A DNA stretch of 64,000 bases from contig JAIOPE010000146.1 of the NCBI GenBank assembly GCA_021414065.1, positions 7,807 through 71,806 of the forward strand. Reading direction: 5' to 3'. Each line of letters opens with the position of its first letter. The first letter of the stretch is position 1. Positions 9,417 to 18,215 of the stretch are shown here, piece by piece. Origin of the DNA: Planctomycetota bacterium. GTDB lineage: Bacteria > Planctomycetota > JAJSAM01 > JAJVHW01. A model generated the notes under the pieces. That model was not told where the DNA came from. It worked only from the letters and a program-made list of their open reading frames with translations, and ran no database searches. A program made the position numbers and the translations under genes.

Positions 9417-11432
9417 TCACACGCCTCCGGTGTCGTTCGGCCCGCCGTGCCCCGACTCGTGATGTTGCGAGGGGTCGGCGGCCTGCTGCGGCGGGACACG
9501 GTAGCCCGAGTCGCGGATGCGTTCGAACTCCTCGGGGTGCGCGTGCTTCATCTCGTCCTCCGTGAGCTTGCCCGTCATCCAGGTGACGCTCATCGGGTAC
9601 TCCGCGGGATGGAAGATCACGAAGAAGAAGTGCCACACGATGATCGCGCCGACTGCGAGGATCGCCTCGTAGTAGTGGATCCTCTCCGCGACGAAGACCA
9701 TCCATCGCGGCATCCACGCCGTCACCTCGACCTTGAACCAGAGCATCGAGCCGGTCACGAGCATGACCACGCCGCCCCACGCGAGCGCCCAGTACTCGAG
9801 CTTCATCGTGTAGTCCCACCGGTCGAACTTCGGCGGCGTCTTCGCCAGCCCCAGGTGGTAGAGCACGTTCTGCCGCGCGTCGCGGAGGTCCTGGAGCTTC
9901 GGGACGATCCGGCCGAATGCGTACCGGCCGTGCGGGCTCGCAATGATGTAGGCGACGTGGGCTACGGACGCGACCGCGAACACCACGCCCGCGAACCGGT
10001 GGACCCACCCGCGGGCCGTCTCGCCGAAGCCGACTGCTGCGAGACCGTGCACCCACGCGGCGTCGGGGAACGTCAGGGCGAAGCCCGTGATCGCGAGAAC
10101 GATGAACGAGAAGCCGACCGACGCGTGCACCCAGAGCTCGATCGGACGGAACCGCACGTAGGTCACCGAAGCCCGCTGCGCCCTCAGCTTCGCGCGGACG
10201 TGCTTGAACCAGATGAGCCCGTTGTGCAGCGCCATGCCGCCGAGCGTGAGCGGGATGACGAGCATGTAGAAGAGCTTCACCCAGTAGGCGTAGACGTCGG
10301 TGTCCGCCTCGGCCGTCGCGTGGACGCGTCCTTCGATGAAGCCCTGCGTGGCGCCCTCGTGGCAGTGCTGGCAGGTGGCGAGCAGGTTGTCCTTGTGGAT
10401 GCGGGACTTCGGGTCGGTCGAGGGGCGGACGTCGTGGAATCCGTGGCACGACGCGCAGTTCGCCGCCTTGGCGGAGCCGCCGGAGTCGGCGAGCCCGTGG
10501 TAGCTGTCCCGGTAGGACGACACGCGGTCGGCGTCGAGTCCGTACTTCCTCACGATCCGTTCGGCGGCGTGGCAGTTGGCGCAGGTCTGGGAGACGTGAC
10601 GACCGTAGACGGTCGAGTCGATCGACTCCTTCTTCTGGATGCTGTGCTCGCTGTGGCAGTCGTTGCAGGCGGGCGACTCCATCCTGCCGCGCGCGAGCGC
10701 CGTCGCGTGGATGCTCCCGGAGAACTCGCCGGCTGCCTTCTCGTGGCAGGTGGCGCAGAGCTTGGGGATGTTGGGCTTGAAGGTCTTCGACGTCGGGTCG
10801 CCGCCCGGGCGCAGGTCGTGGATCGGGTGGCAGTCCACGCAGCCCGCGGCCTTCTCGTTGTGCTTCTCGAGCACCTCCACGCCGTGGACGCTCAGCGCGT
10901 ACTGCGCGACCGTCTTCGCGATCCGGACTTCGCCGTCCTTCCGCGCGCCGCCGTGGCACTTCCCGCACGTCGAGGGCAGGTTGAACTTGTGGACCGACGA
11001 CTTCGGATCGGACTTCCTGAGCACCGCGTGCGGCGGGTGACAGGTCGAGCAGTTGGGCGCGTTCTTCGCCAAGTCCGGCGGCAGCTTCGCGTGCGGCGTC
11101 TTCTTGAACTTCTCGACGGAGTCCTCGTGGCAGTTCGCGCAGTTGACCGGGTCGGCCTTCTTCTTCGTGTGCGGAAGCTCCTCCATGTCCTCGTGGCACT
11201 GCACGCACGACTTCGCGTGAAGACTCGCCCCCCACTGCGCCGGGTCCACGCGCTTGCCCTCGGGGGCACCTTTCTTCGTGGCGCCCTCGGCGTGGCACGA
11301 CAGGCACGACGCAGGCTCGTCCTGATCGTCCTGCGCCCACGCGGTCGGGGCGGCTCCCGCCGCGGCGGCGAAGGCCGCGGCGGCGAGCGCCCACACGGCA
11401 AGTCCCTTCAGCACGGCAGCGAGGCGATTCAT
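9417..11432 (-). CDS. CbcL-like inner-membrane protein: 11 CxxCH fused to a diheme cytochrome b
   Basis: Start MNRLAAVLKG at 11432; signal peptide AWA-Q; 11 CxxCH; TM domain with WVHAS, WVHRF, RIHYYEA, VWHFF and RWDYTMKLEY. Confidence 0.88.
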   Translation of the reverse strand: MNRLAAVLKGLAVWALAAAAFAAAAGAAPTAWAQDDQDEPASCLSCHAEGATKKGAPEGKRVDPAQWGASLHAKSCVQCHEDMEELPHTKKKADPVNCANCHEDSVEKFKKTPHAKLPPDLAKNAPNCSTCHPPHAVLRKSDPKSSVHKFNLPSTCGKCHGGARKDGEVRIAKTVAQYALSVHGVEVLEKHNEKAAGCVDCHPIHDLRPGGDPTSKTFKPNIPKLCATCHEKAAGEFSGSIHATALARGRMESPACNDCHSEHSIQKKESIDSTVYGRHVSQTCANCHAAERIVRKYGLDADRVSSYRDSYHGLADSGGSAKAANCASCHGFHDVRPSTDPKSRIHKDNLLATCQHCHEGATQGFIEGRVHATAEADTDVYAYWVKLFYMLVIPLTLGGMALHNGLIWFKHVRAKLRAQRASVTYVRFRPIELWVHASVGFSFIVLAITGFALTFPDAAWVHGLAAVGFGETARGWVHRFAGVVFAVASVAHVAYIIASPHGRYAFGRIVPKLQDLRDARQNVLYHLGLAKTPPKFDRWDYTMKLEYWALAWGGVVMLVTGSMLWFKVEVTAWMPRWMVFVAERIHYYEAILAVGAIIVWHFFFVIFHPAEYPMSVTWMTGKLTEDEMKHAHPEEFERIRDSGYRVPPQQAADPSQHHESGHGGPNDTGGV

Positions 11433-11543
11433 GGGTTCAGGTCCTCTTGTCGCGGTTCCTGGTCTCCAACCGGGGCATCGAGACGCCCGGGTCGACGACC
11501 GGGGAGAGTCTCCGGAAGCGTGCGGCCGACCGACGCGACCTTG

Positions 11544-11556
11544 GTCACATTGTGAC
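11544..11556. promoter_or_regulatory. Candidate operator palindrome upstream of the cytochrome operon
   Basis: Perfect GTCACA-T-TGTGAC about 110 bp upstream of the first operon start. Confidence 0.35.
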
Positions 11557-11655
11557 GGACCATCTGCTTCGGCACCGCCGGAACTCACGTTTCGACGACT
11601 CGCGACTCCACCCGGCCGGGCGTCGATCCGCGCGCCGAACTCGACGCCGACGCCG

Positions 11656-11795
11656 TGTACCGTTCGCACCTCGTGGCTACCTCGTCGGGAAGGTCGCCAC
11701 AAGCGCCACGTCGCCTTCACCTCGGTCCGGCCCGGCCGCTCTGCTCCGCGAAAGCGCGTTTCGAACGGAATCGCTCGTCGATCCTTCGCCCCCCG
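11656..11795. repeat. Dispersed ~140-bp intergenic repeat, copy A
   Basis: Nearly colinear with 50909-51046; shared blocks TACCTCGTCGGGA, CCTCGGTCCGG.CCGG, AAGCGCG, GTC.ATCCT. Confidence 0.8.
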
Positions 11796-11815
11796 TGGTC
11801 TCCTCCGGTACCGCC

Positions 11816-12064
11816 ATGCCCCTCACTGTCACCATCCGCCGGGAGACGCAGGGCCGCGGAGGCAAGCAGGTGACCACGCTTTCCGGTCTCGCGCCGATCG
11901 GCGACGCCAAGATCGCGGCGCTGGCGTCCGACCTGAAGCGCCGCTGCGCCAGCGGCGGCAGTGCCGGCGCCGCCGGGACGATCGTCCTCCAGGGCGACCA
12001 CCGCGACCTCGTGCAGGCCGAACTCGAGGCCCGGGGCTACGTCGTCAAACGAGCCGGCGGCTGA
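11816..12064 (+). CDS. yciH: Translation initiation factor SUI1/YciH family
   Basis: RRETQGRGGKQVTTLSGL...LKRRCASGGS...IVLQGDHRD. Confidence 0.88.
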   Translation: MPLTVTIRRETQGRGGKQVTTLSGLAPIGDAKIAALASDLKRRCASGGSAGAAGTIVLQGDHRDLVQAELEARGYVVKRAGG

Positions 12065-12675
12065 TGCCGGACCCGCTCTGCAACCGGAAGAAGGTCCGCG
12101 GTTGGAAGCGCCGCATCCGCGACGTCGAGCGCTTCGAGCGGATCCAGGCGACACGCGACCTCGGCGACGACGTCGCCCGCCGCGGCTACGCGTTCACGAA
12201 GATCTACATCGACCCGTGGTTCCGACTCACCCCGCGCACGCCCCCGGTGTGGCTGCAGCAGCGGATCGTCGAGAGCCTGGTGCGCGTCCACGACGCGTGG
12301 CACGCCCGCCTCTCGGCCATGGGCTCGCCCGTCCGCACGCGGATCTGGCTCGCGTCGCCACGTTTCATGGGGTCGCAGGTCGTCGGCGGCGCCGGCGACC
12401 GCGCACACTACGTTGACGCGATCCTCCAGCCGGCGTCGCCCGTCGCCCCGTTCCCGGCGCATCTGTTCGCGCGCTGCCCGGAGGCGGTCGCCGGCTTCCG
12501 CTGGGAGTGCCGCAGCGACGACGACGAGGTCGAACTCGAGGACTGCGACGGCCCCGCCGAGGTGGAGCGCCTCCTCGCCCGCGGCTGGCAACGCCGCGAG
12601 AGCACCGACCCGCGCTGGGGCCCGAGCCTCGTCCGTCGCGTGGGCGACATCTGGGAGGGCGCGCGAGTCGATTGA
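12064..12675 (+). CDS. Conserved hypothetical protein (KKVRGWKRR N-terminus, possibly DUF3916-like)
   Basis: TGATG overlap with the yciH stop; protein-like composition. Confidence 0.6.
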   Translation: MPDPLCNRKKVRGWKRRIRDVERFERIQATRDLGDDVARRGYAFTKIYIDPWFRLTPRTPPVWLQQRIVESLVRVHDAWHARLSAMGSPVRTRIWLASPRFMGSQVVGGAGDRAHYVDAILQPASPVAPFPAHLFARCPEAVAGFRWECRSDDDEVELEDCDGPAEVERLLARGWQRRESTDPRWGPSLVRRVGDIWEGARVD

Positions 12676-12801
12676 GTGCGGCAGGACAGACTGGCGCATC
12701 GAAATCTGTGCATCGACCGCTCAATTTTCAAGGTCGCGCAGGCGGCACGCGCGCGCCGTCGCGTTGCCGCCCGAGCCGTTGCCGCCGGTCACGCAACACC
12801 G

Positions 12802-13776
12802 TCACTCCTGCCGCAGGAACGCCACGCGGCCGATCGTCCGGCCCGCACCCGGGGTGACGAGCGCGACGGGCGGACTGACGGCGCCGGAGTTGCCGATCAC
12901 GGACGTCCAGAGCCGACCGTTCGCCTCGTCCTCGGAGCCCCAGAACAGACGCTTCTGCACAGGGTCGAACGCGAGCCCCACGGGCTGATCGTCGGCGACC
13001 TTCAGCGCCTGCGCGACGGCGGCGCCCGGCTCCATCCCGATCCGCAGCAGCGGCGGCTGACCGACCTCGATGAAGTAGACGGCCTTCCGCTTCGCGTCCA
13101 CGACGACGCCGTTCACGGACCGCGGTCCGCCCGCGGCCACCGTCGTCGGCATGTCGATGAACACGACCGGCTCGCCCCGCTTCACGAGCGGCGCCTTCTG
13201 CAGCCGACGGTACGGACGCACCTTCTCGTCCACGACACCCCAATAGAGGCGCCCGGCCTTCCCGTCGATCGCAAGAGCAGACGGCGACACCGCGGCAGCG
13301 AACAGTTCCGCCGCGAGCGGCTTGGTGCCCAGGTGAATCGTCCAGATCCAGTTCGCCTGCTGTTCGGCGACGTAAAGCCTGTTGGCCTTCGGGTCGTACG
13401 CGATGCCGTAGAAGTCAGCGGTCGGCGGCGTCCCCGCCGGAAAGTTCAGGGGCAGCACCTGGATCGAGACCTTGGTGAAGTCGGGCGCGAGCGCGTCCTT
13501 CAGGCGCCAGACCTTCGCCTGAGAACCGAACGTACCGTAGAGCGTGTGTCGGACCGGATCGACCGCGAGTCCCGACACGGAAACCGCGCCGCCCGGCACG
13601 ACGATCGACCCGTGCGACGCGACACTCGTGCCCGTCGCGTCGAGTACGCCGCGGTGGAGCGTGGTGTGGTTCAGCGTGCCCGGTGCCGTCGAGACCTCCG
13701 TCCAAAAGACGAACTGGGCCCCGGGAGTTGCGCGTCGCGCCGCGCCGGTTGCAGCCGAAGTGCCGACGTCGGTCAT
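12802..13776 (-). CDS. Beta-propeller protein (YWTD/NHL-like blades)
   Basis: Repeated blades GLAVDPVRHTLY, GIAYDPKANRLY, ALAIDGKAGRLYW, GLAFDPVQKRLFW. Confidence 0.75.
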   Translation of the reverse strand: MTDVGTSAATGAARRATPGAQFVFWTEVSTAPGTLNHTTLHRGVLDATGTSVASHGSIVVPGGAVSVSGLAVDPVRHTLYGTFGSQAKVWRLKDALAPDFTKVSIQVLPLNFPAGTPPTADFYGIAYDPKANRLYVAEQQANWIWTIHLGTKPLAAELFAAAVSPSALAIDGKAGRLYWGVVDEKVRPYRRLQKAPLVKRGEPVVFIDMPTTVAAGGPRSVNGVVVDAKRKAVYFIEVGQPPLLRIGMEPGAAVAQALKVADDQPVGLAFDPVQKRLFWGSEDEANGRLWTSVIGNSGAVSPPVALVTPGAGRTIGRVAFLRQE

Positions 13777-13963
13777 CGGCGCACACCCGGGGAAGCAAAC
13801 GTCGCAAGCCGTCGGTCACGACGCATGGGGAACCTCGCTGGATTGCCTGGGGTGCCGGCGGTTCGCCGGCCACGCCCCACGGACGAAGAACGTGAGACCG
13901 CATGGTCGCCCGCGACGACGCGCCCTCCTCCGACAAACACGCCGGACCGCGTGCCGTCGGAAC

Positions 13964-14090
13964 TCGTCCCTACCTCGTCGGGAGCGCGGCCACGGGGGCG
14001 GGGCCATCGACTCCTCGGTCCGGGCCGGTTCCGGTGCGGAGTCGGAAGCGCGCTTGGACCTCACGCCCGCAAGGTCGATCCTCCCGCCCG
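13964..14090. repeat. Dispersed intergenic repeat, diverged copy C
   Basis: Contains TACCTCGTCGGGAGCG, CTCCTCGGTCCGGGCCGG, GGAAGCGCG and GTCGATCCTCCC in the same order and similar spacing as copies A and B. Confidence 0.65.
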
Positions 14091-14109
14091 CACACGCGCG
14101 CGCCCGACG

Positions 14110-14616
14110 TCAGCGCAACTGGTACGTCTCCACGCTCTCCGCGCCCGCGCCGGTCGGCGGAAAGGCGTCGCTGCCCTCTGCCGAGTCGAGCTTCCACCAT
14201 CCGTCCTCCGCGACGAGCGTGACGCCGCGCATGCTGCCGTCGCGGTGCTTCACTCGGACTTCCGCGCGTGCGCCGTTGGCGCGTTCGTCAGCAACCGACT
14301 CGAACGCGAACGTCGTGTCCGTCTTGAGCAGCACCGGCGCCATCGCCTCGAAGAGCGCCCGGGACGGATCCCCGGCGAGCGCCCTGTACTTCTCGTTCGC
14401 CTCGAGCGTGCGACGCGTCGCGCGATCGATGCGCTTGCGGCGCTCGAGCGAAAGGCCCGTGTCCCAGAACGGGCCCCACGTCTGCGTCTCGACGACGCGT
14501 TGCATGAGGCGGAGCGACTGGCCGGGCGGCGAGTCGGGCACGGGCTGACTGCACGAAACGCAGAGCGCCGCCGCGGCGACCGCCGCGGCGGGGAACACCA
14601 GGAACGGAGCTCGCAT
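14110..14616 (-). CDS. Lipoprotein, NTF2/DUF4878-like C-terminus
   Basis: Signal with LCVS-C; GARAEVRV...VTLVAEDGWWKLD. Confidence 0.65.
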   Translation of the reverse strand: MRAPFLVFPAAAVAAAALCVSCSQPVPDSPPGQSLRLMQRVVETQTWGPFWDTGLSLERRKRIDRATRRTLEANEKYRALAGDPSRALFEAMAPVLLKTDTTFAFESVADERANGARAEVRVKHRDGSMRGVTLVAEDGWWKLDSAEGSDAFPPTGAGAESVETYQLR

Positions 14617-14629
14617 GGGGTCTCCTCTC

Positions 14630-15673
14630 TCACGACGTCTGGATGAGGTGCGTGCCCGCCGCCACGATTCGGTCGGCCTCGGACTCGTCCGCGGTGTCCA
14701 GGTGGAACGTCGGGAAGTCGGTCCCATCGGCGCGAACGACGACCACGAACCACACGGTGACCTTGCCCTTCACCGGCACGCCGCCGACGCGCCCGGACGA
14801 ACGCATCACGGAGCGGGAGTCCTTCCGGAACCCGCGCAGGGCGTTTGCGTTCGGCACGTACCGGATGCGTTCGGTCCCGCGCGCGATCCAGAGCGCGTTC
14901 CACGTCCAGTCGATGCCGATGCGAAGGGTCTCGTTGCGGCCCGCGAGCGACATGACGACGAGCGCGACGAACCCCGCGCACGCGAGTCCGGCGACCGCCG
15001 CGAGTGGGACCATCCGCTCGACCGCGCCTGCCACGGTGAGAATCCCCGTCATCAGTGCGAGGACGAAGAACAGCGCCGCAGACCGACTGCCCCAGAACCC
15101 CGTGCGCCGAACGGACACTGCGACCTGCGGCGCGCCGGGGCCCGTGTTGAGCCGCGTCGGATCGATGCGGTCCTCGTCGGTCGGCGGAATCTCGGGCCGA
15201 CGCACTGGGCCACCGCCGTGCTTGGGACGGCGCGGCGCGACCGACGGCGTGGCCCCGAACGCGAATCGCGCGGCGTCGTCCGGGGAGAACGGTCCCGCGC
15301 CCTCCGCCGTGACGATCGCGCCGTCTCCGGGACAGAACGACACGGTTCCCGCCGGGCCTTCGACGATCGCGTTCACCGCGCAGAGGTCGGCGTCGCCGGC
15401 ACCCGGCGGCTGCGACGGGTTCCGCATCAAGCGGCCGAAAAGCTCCGACAGTTGCGGCGCGGAGAGCACGCCAAGTTGGATGTCGTCGTACGAGCCGTTC
15501 GGCCGGAGCGACCGGTCGAGACCTTGCGCAGACACCGTGACGACGCCCGCGGGGAGTGGAGATGCGACGGCGGACGAAGGAACCGCCGAAGCGGTCGCGA
15601 CGAGACGCGTGCCGCACGACGCGCAGAATGCGCTTCCGTCCGGCAACGACGTCCCGCAATGCGAGCAGAACAT
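14630..15673 (-). CDS. Zinc-ribbon domain membrane protein
   Basis: MFCSHCG...AFCASCG at the N-terminus; two TM helices; C-terminal beta-rich domain. Confidence 0.75.
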   Translation of the reverse strand: MFCSHCGTSLPDGSAFCASCGTRLVATASAVPSSAVASPLPAGVVTVSAQGLDRSLRPNGSYDDIQLGVLSAPQLSELFGRLMRNPSQPPGAGDADLCAVNAIVEGPAGTVSFCPGDGAIVTAEGAGPFSPDDAARFAFGATPSVAPRRPKHGGGPVRRPEIPPTDEDRIDPTRLNTGPGAPQVAVSVRRTGFWGSRSAALFFVLALMTGILTVAGAVERMVPLAAVAGLACAGFVALVVMSLAGRNETLRIGIDWTWNALWIARGTERIRYVPNANALRGFRKDSRSVMRSSGRVGGVPVKGKVTVWFVVVVRADGTDFPTFHLDTADESEADRIVAAGTHLIQTS

Positions 15674-15928
15674 GGATCTGGCCCTCGACCGGCTCTCGAC
15701 TGAGAGACGGTGAAGTGATTGTCCGGACGCCGCGCCGCAGGTGTCAAGCGCGCCGAGCGAAGAACAAACCAACGCAGGCACGTCGCACGACTCAGGTCAC
15801 GCGTGCCGGACCTGCCTTCACCGCGACGTCGTGAGATCGAACTTCACTTCCACCGCCGCGCTCGGCTTCGCGAGCGCCATCTCGTACCGGATCGTGGACT
15901 GGCCGACGACCTCGGCACGCTCGCGACG

Positions 15929-17062
15929 TCACCGAGCCGCGCCTGATCCCGTCAGGGCCCGATACGCGAACACGTTCCCGCTCGCGAGAGCGACGGCCAG
16001 GGGCGTCCCGTCCGGGCCGGGCGCCGCGGAGTCGGCACCGTTCGCGAGGAGTGCCCGCGCCATGTCGGCGTCGCCTCGCACCGCCGCGAGGTGCAGCGCC
16101 GTCCGACCGGCCGCGTCCTTGGCCGTGGCGTCCGCACCATTCGCTAGCAGCAGGACGACGACGGCGGTGTGCCCCGACGACGCGGCGCGATGCAGCGGCG
16201 TCGCACCGGACTTGTCCGCGGCGGTCGTCCGCGCTCCCTTCGCGAGGAGCAGTTCGACGATGCCCGCATGGCCGCGGCGCGCGGCGAGATGCAACGGGGT
16301 CGTCCCATCGACATCCGCGGTGTCGATCGCTGCGCCACGACCGACCAAGAGCGTTGCGACGCCCACGGCACCGACGCGTGCCGCGATGCGAAGCAGTTTG
16401 TTCTCGTCGACGCCCGACGCCGCAATCGCGCCCGGAGCCGCGAGCAACGAAGCCACCGTCGGAACGTCGTCTGCTTCGACCGCCTGCTCGATCGGCGTCT
16501 GTCCGAGCGGGTTCCTCACCTTCGGATCGGCGGCGTTCTCCAACAGCATGGCGACCGCTTCGGACTGGCCCGACGCGATGGCGGTCTCGAGCGGCGTGAG
16601 TCCACCTGGCCCGCTCTTGGAGTTGACGTTCGAGCCACTCTTCAAACGCGCCGCCAACTGCGCCAGATCGCCTCGGGCCGCGGCCTGGTGCAGGGTCATG
16701 GTTGGTTTCACCGCGGGTTTCGATGCGTCCGTCCCGGCGCTCGATCCGACGGTGCGAGTCGGCTGCGCTGCCCCCTCAGACGGCTCGGGCGGCGTCTCGC
16801 GCAGAGTCAGGAAGGCACCGGCGCCGGCCGCGACGACCAGCACGCCGACGATCGACGCGACCACGAGCCGTCGGCCGCCGGGCCGCGCGGACGGAGCGGC
16901 GGCTCGTGCCGAAGCGGGGGGCGGCGGCGGCGTAACGTACGGCGGCGGCGGTGGTGGCGGACGCGCGACGGTGCGCGCAACATCGCCGGCGCGCCGCAGG
17001 CCGCAGCTCGTGCAAAACGTCGCCGCGTCGGCGACCTGCGCGCCGCATCCGTTGCAGAACAT
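15929..17062 (-). CDS. Zinc-ribbon, TM helix and ankyrin-repeat protein
   Basis: MFCNGCG...FCTSCG; Pro-rich linker; TM helix; repeated GxTPLHxAA ankyrin motifs. Confidence 0.88.
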   Translation of the reverse strand: MFCNGCGAQVADAATFCTSCGLRRAGDVARTVARPPPPPPPYVTPPPPPASARAAAPSARPGGRRLVVASIVGVLVVAAGAGAFLTLRETPPEPSEGAAQPTRTVGSSAGTDASKPAVKPTMTLHQAAARGDLAQLAARLKSGSNVNSKSGPGGLTPLETAIASGQSEAVAMLLENAADPKVRNPLGQTPIEQAVEADDVPTVASLLAAPGAIAASGVDENKLLRIAARVGAVGVATLLVGRGAAIDTADVDGTTPLHLAARRGHAGIVELLLAKGARTTAADKSGATPLHRAASSGHTAVVVLLLANGADATAKDAAGRTALHLAAVRGDADMARALLANGADSAAPGPDGTPLAVALASGNVFAYRALTGSGAAR

Positions 17063-17095
17063 CGGTGACCTCCGCGTTCCGTCGAGACCGCCTCG

Positions 17096-17554
17096 CTACT
17101 TGATCCCCTTCGATGTCAGCCAATCTGCGACCGGCACGACGTCGTCGCCGCCGTCGTCGAAGACCTTCACCTCGGAGAAGTCGGCCTTCACCACGAACGT
17201 AGCCGTGGTGATGAGGCCCTGCGGACCATTCGTGTTGACGTACACGAAGTAGTACTCGCGGTAGAGCTCGTGCATCCCCTTCGGGTCCGGCGACGACTGG
17301 ACCGCCAGGTTCAACGTGACCCGGTCACCCGCAGACGCTGCCTGCGTCACCCGAAGCGACTTCAACTGCGGAGCGGCCCCGAGCACCAGGTCGAGGAGCT
17401 TCTTCGCAGTCTCCGGCGTCACATCGCGGTCGTTGTTGTGATACGTGATCATCGGGTCGCCGGTCGGAAAGTCGGTCTTCGGTGCCGACTCGAAACACGA
17501 GGTGACGAAGAGACAAGCGAGGAGTCCTGAGACGACGGCAATTCTGCGTTTCAT
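17096..17554 (-). CDS. Hypothetical lipoprotein
   Basis: MKRRIAVVSGLLACLFVTS-C lipoprotein signal. Confidence 0.7.
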   Translation of the reverse strand: MKRRIAVVSGLLACLFVTSCFESAPKTDFPTGDPMITYHNNDRDVTPETAKKLLDLVLGAAPQLKSLRVTQAASAGDRVTLNLAVQSSPDPKGMHELYREYYFVYVNTNGPQGLITTATFVVKADFSEVKVFDDGGDDVVPVADWLTSKGIK

Positions 17555-17564
17555 GGGTTTTCTC

Positions 17565-18128
17565 CTACTTCGGCGCGGCGACCGCGACTTGGGCTTCATA
17601 TGCCGTGTTGGTCCACTTCATGGGCACTCGGAACATCGCGTTGCTCTTGCCCTCCGGCACGAAGACGTAGACGACTTCCTTCAGGACGACGACCGCGCGA
17701 GAGACGTTCGCGTTCCCAGTCGTGAACTTGCACTCGTACGTCTCGCCGGGATGGATGTCGCCGACCTCGCCCGCCAGCCCGACTTCCTGAGGATCTCCAG
17801 GGATGCGCTTGCCGTCGCCGTCGAAGAGCACGGCCCCGAACTTCACGATCGACAGGTCGCAGTGCGAGGCGTTGTCCACCTTGAACGAGAACAGGCCCTG
17901 GCCCATCACGCCGCTCGCCATCGGGCTCGACGACGGCTGCGTGAACGTGACGGGAACCGCGTCCGCGTCGAGCTTCCCCGGCGTGAGTCCGGGCGTGCCG
18001 CTGTCACCGCACGACGCAGCGGCGAACACGCCCGCGACGAGCACGGCGAGACAGAGCACTGCGGCGCTGCGGCTTCGCGCCCGCGCCACCACCGAGTGAG
18101 TTTCGTCTCGACCATCGCCTCGCTTCAT
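17565..18128 (-). CDS. Hypothetical lipoprotein with Ig-like (FxLYD-like) domain
   Basis: FAAAS-C lipobox; AVLFDGDGKRI...DIHPGETYEC. Confidence 0.65.
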   Translation of the reverse strand: MKRGDGRDETHSVVARARSRSAAVLCLAVLVAGVFAAASCGDSGTPGLTPGKLDADAVPVTFTQPSSSPMASGVMGQGLFSFKVDNASHCDLSIVKFGAVLFDGDGKRIPGDPQEVGLAGEVGDIHPGETYECKFTTGNANVSRAVVVLKEVVYVFVPEGKSNAMFRVPMKWTNTAYEAQVAVAAPK

Positions 18129-18215
18129 CGGAGTCTCCCTTCGTCGCGGCCGTTCGCGCCGCGTTGGTCTTTCGTCCGCCGCGGCGAACGCCGTCGAGCG
18201 GCGTCGCAGCGAGCG

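Noticed and set aside
5030-11440. Identical CTGAACCCATG at the starts at 5032 and 11432
   Set aside because: Only 11 bp including the ATG, and one copy includes the porin stop codon; not distinguishable from chance.
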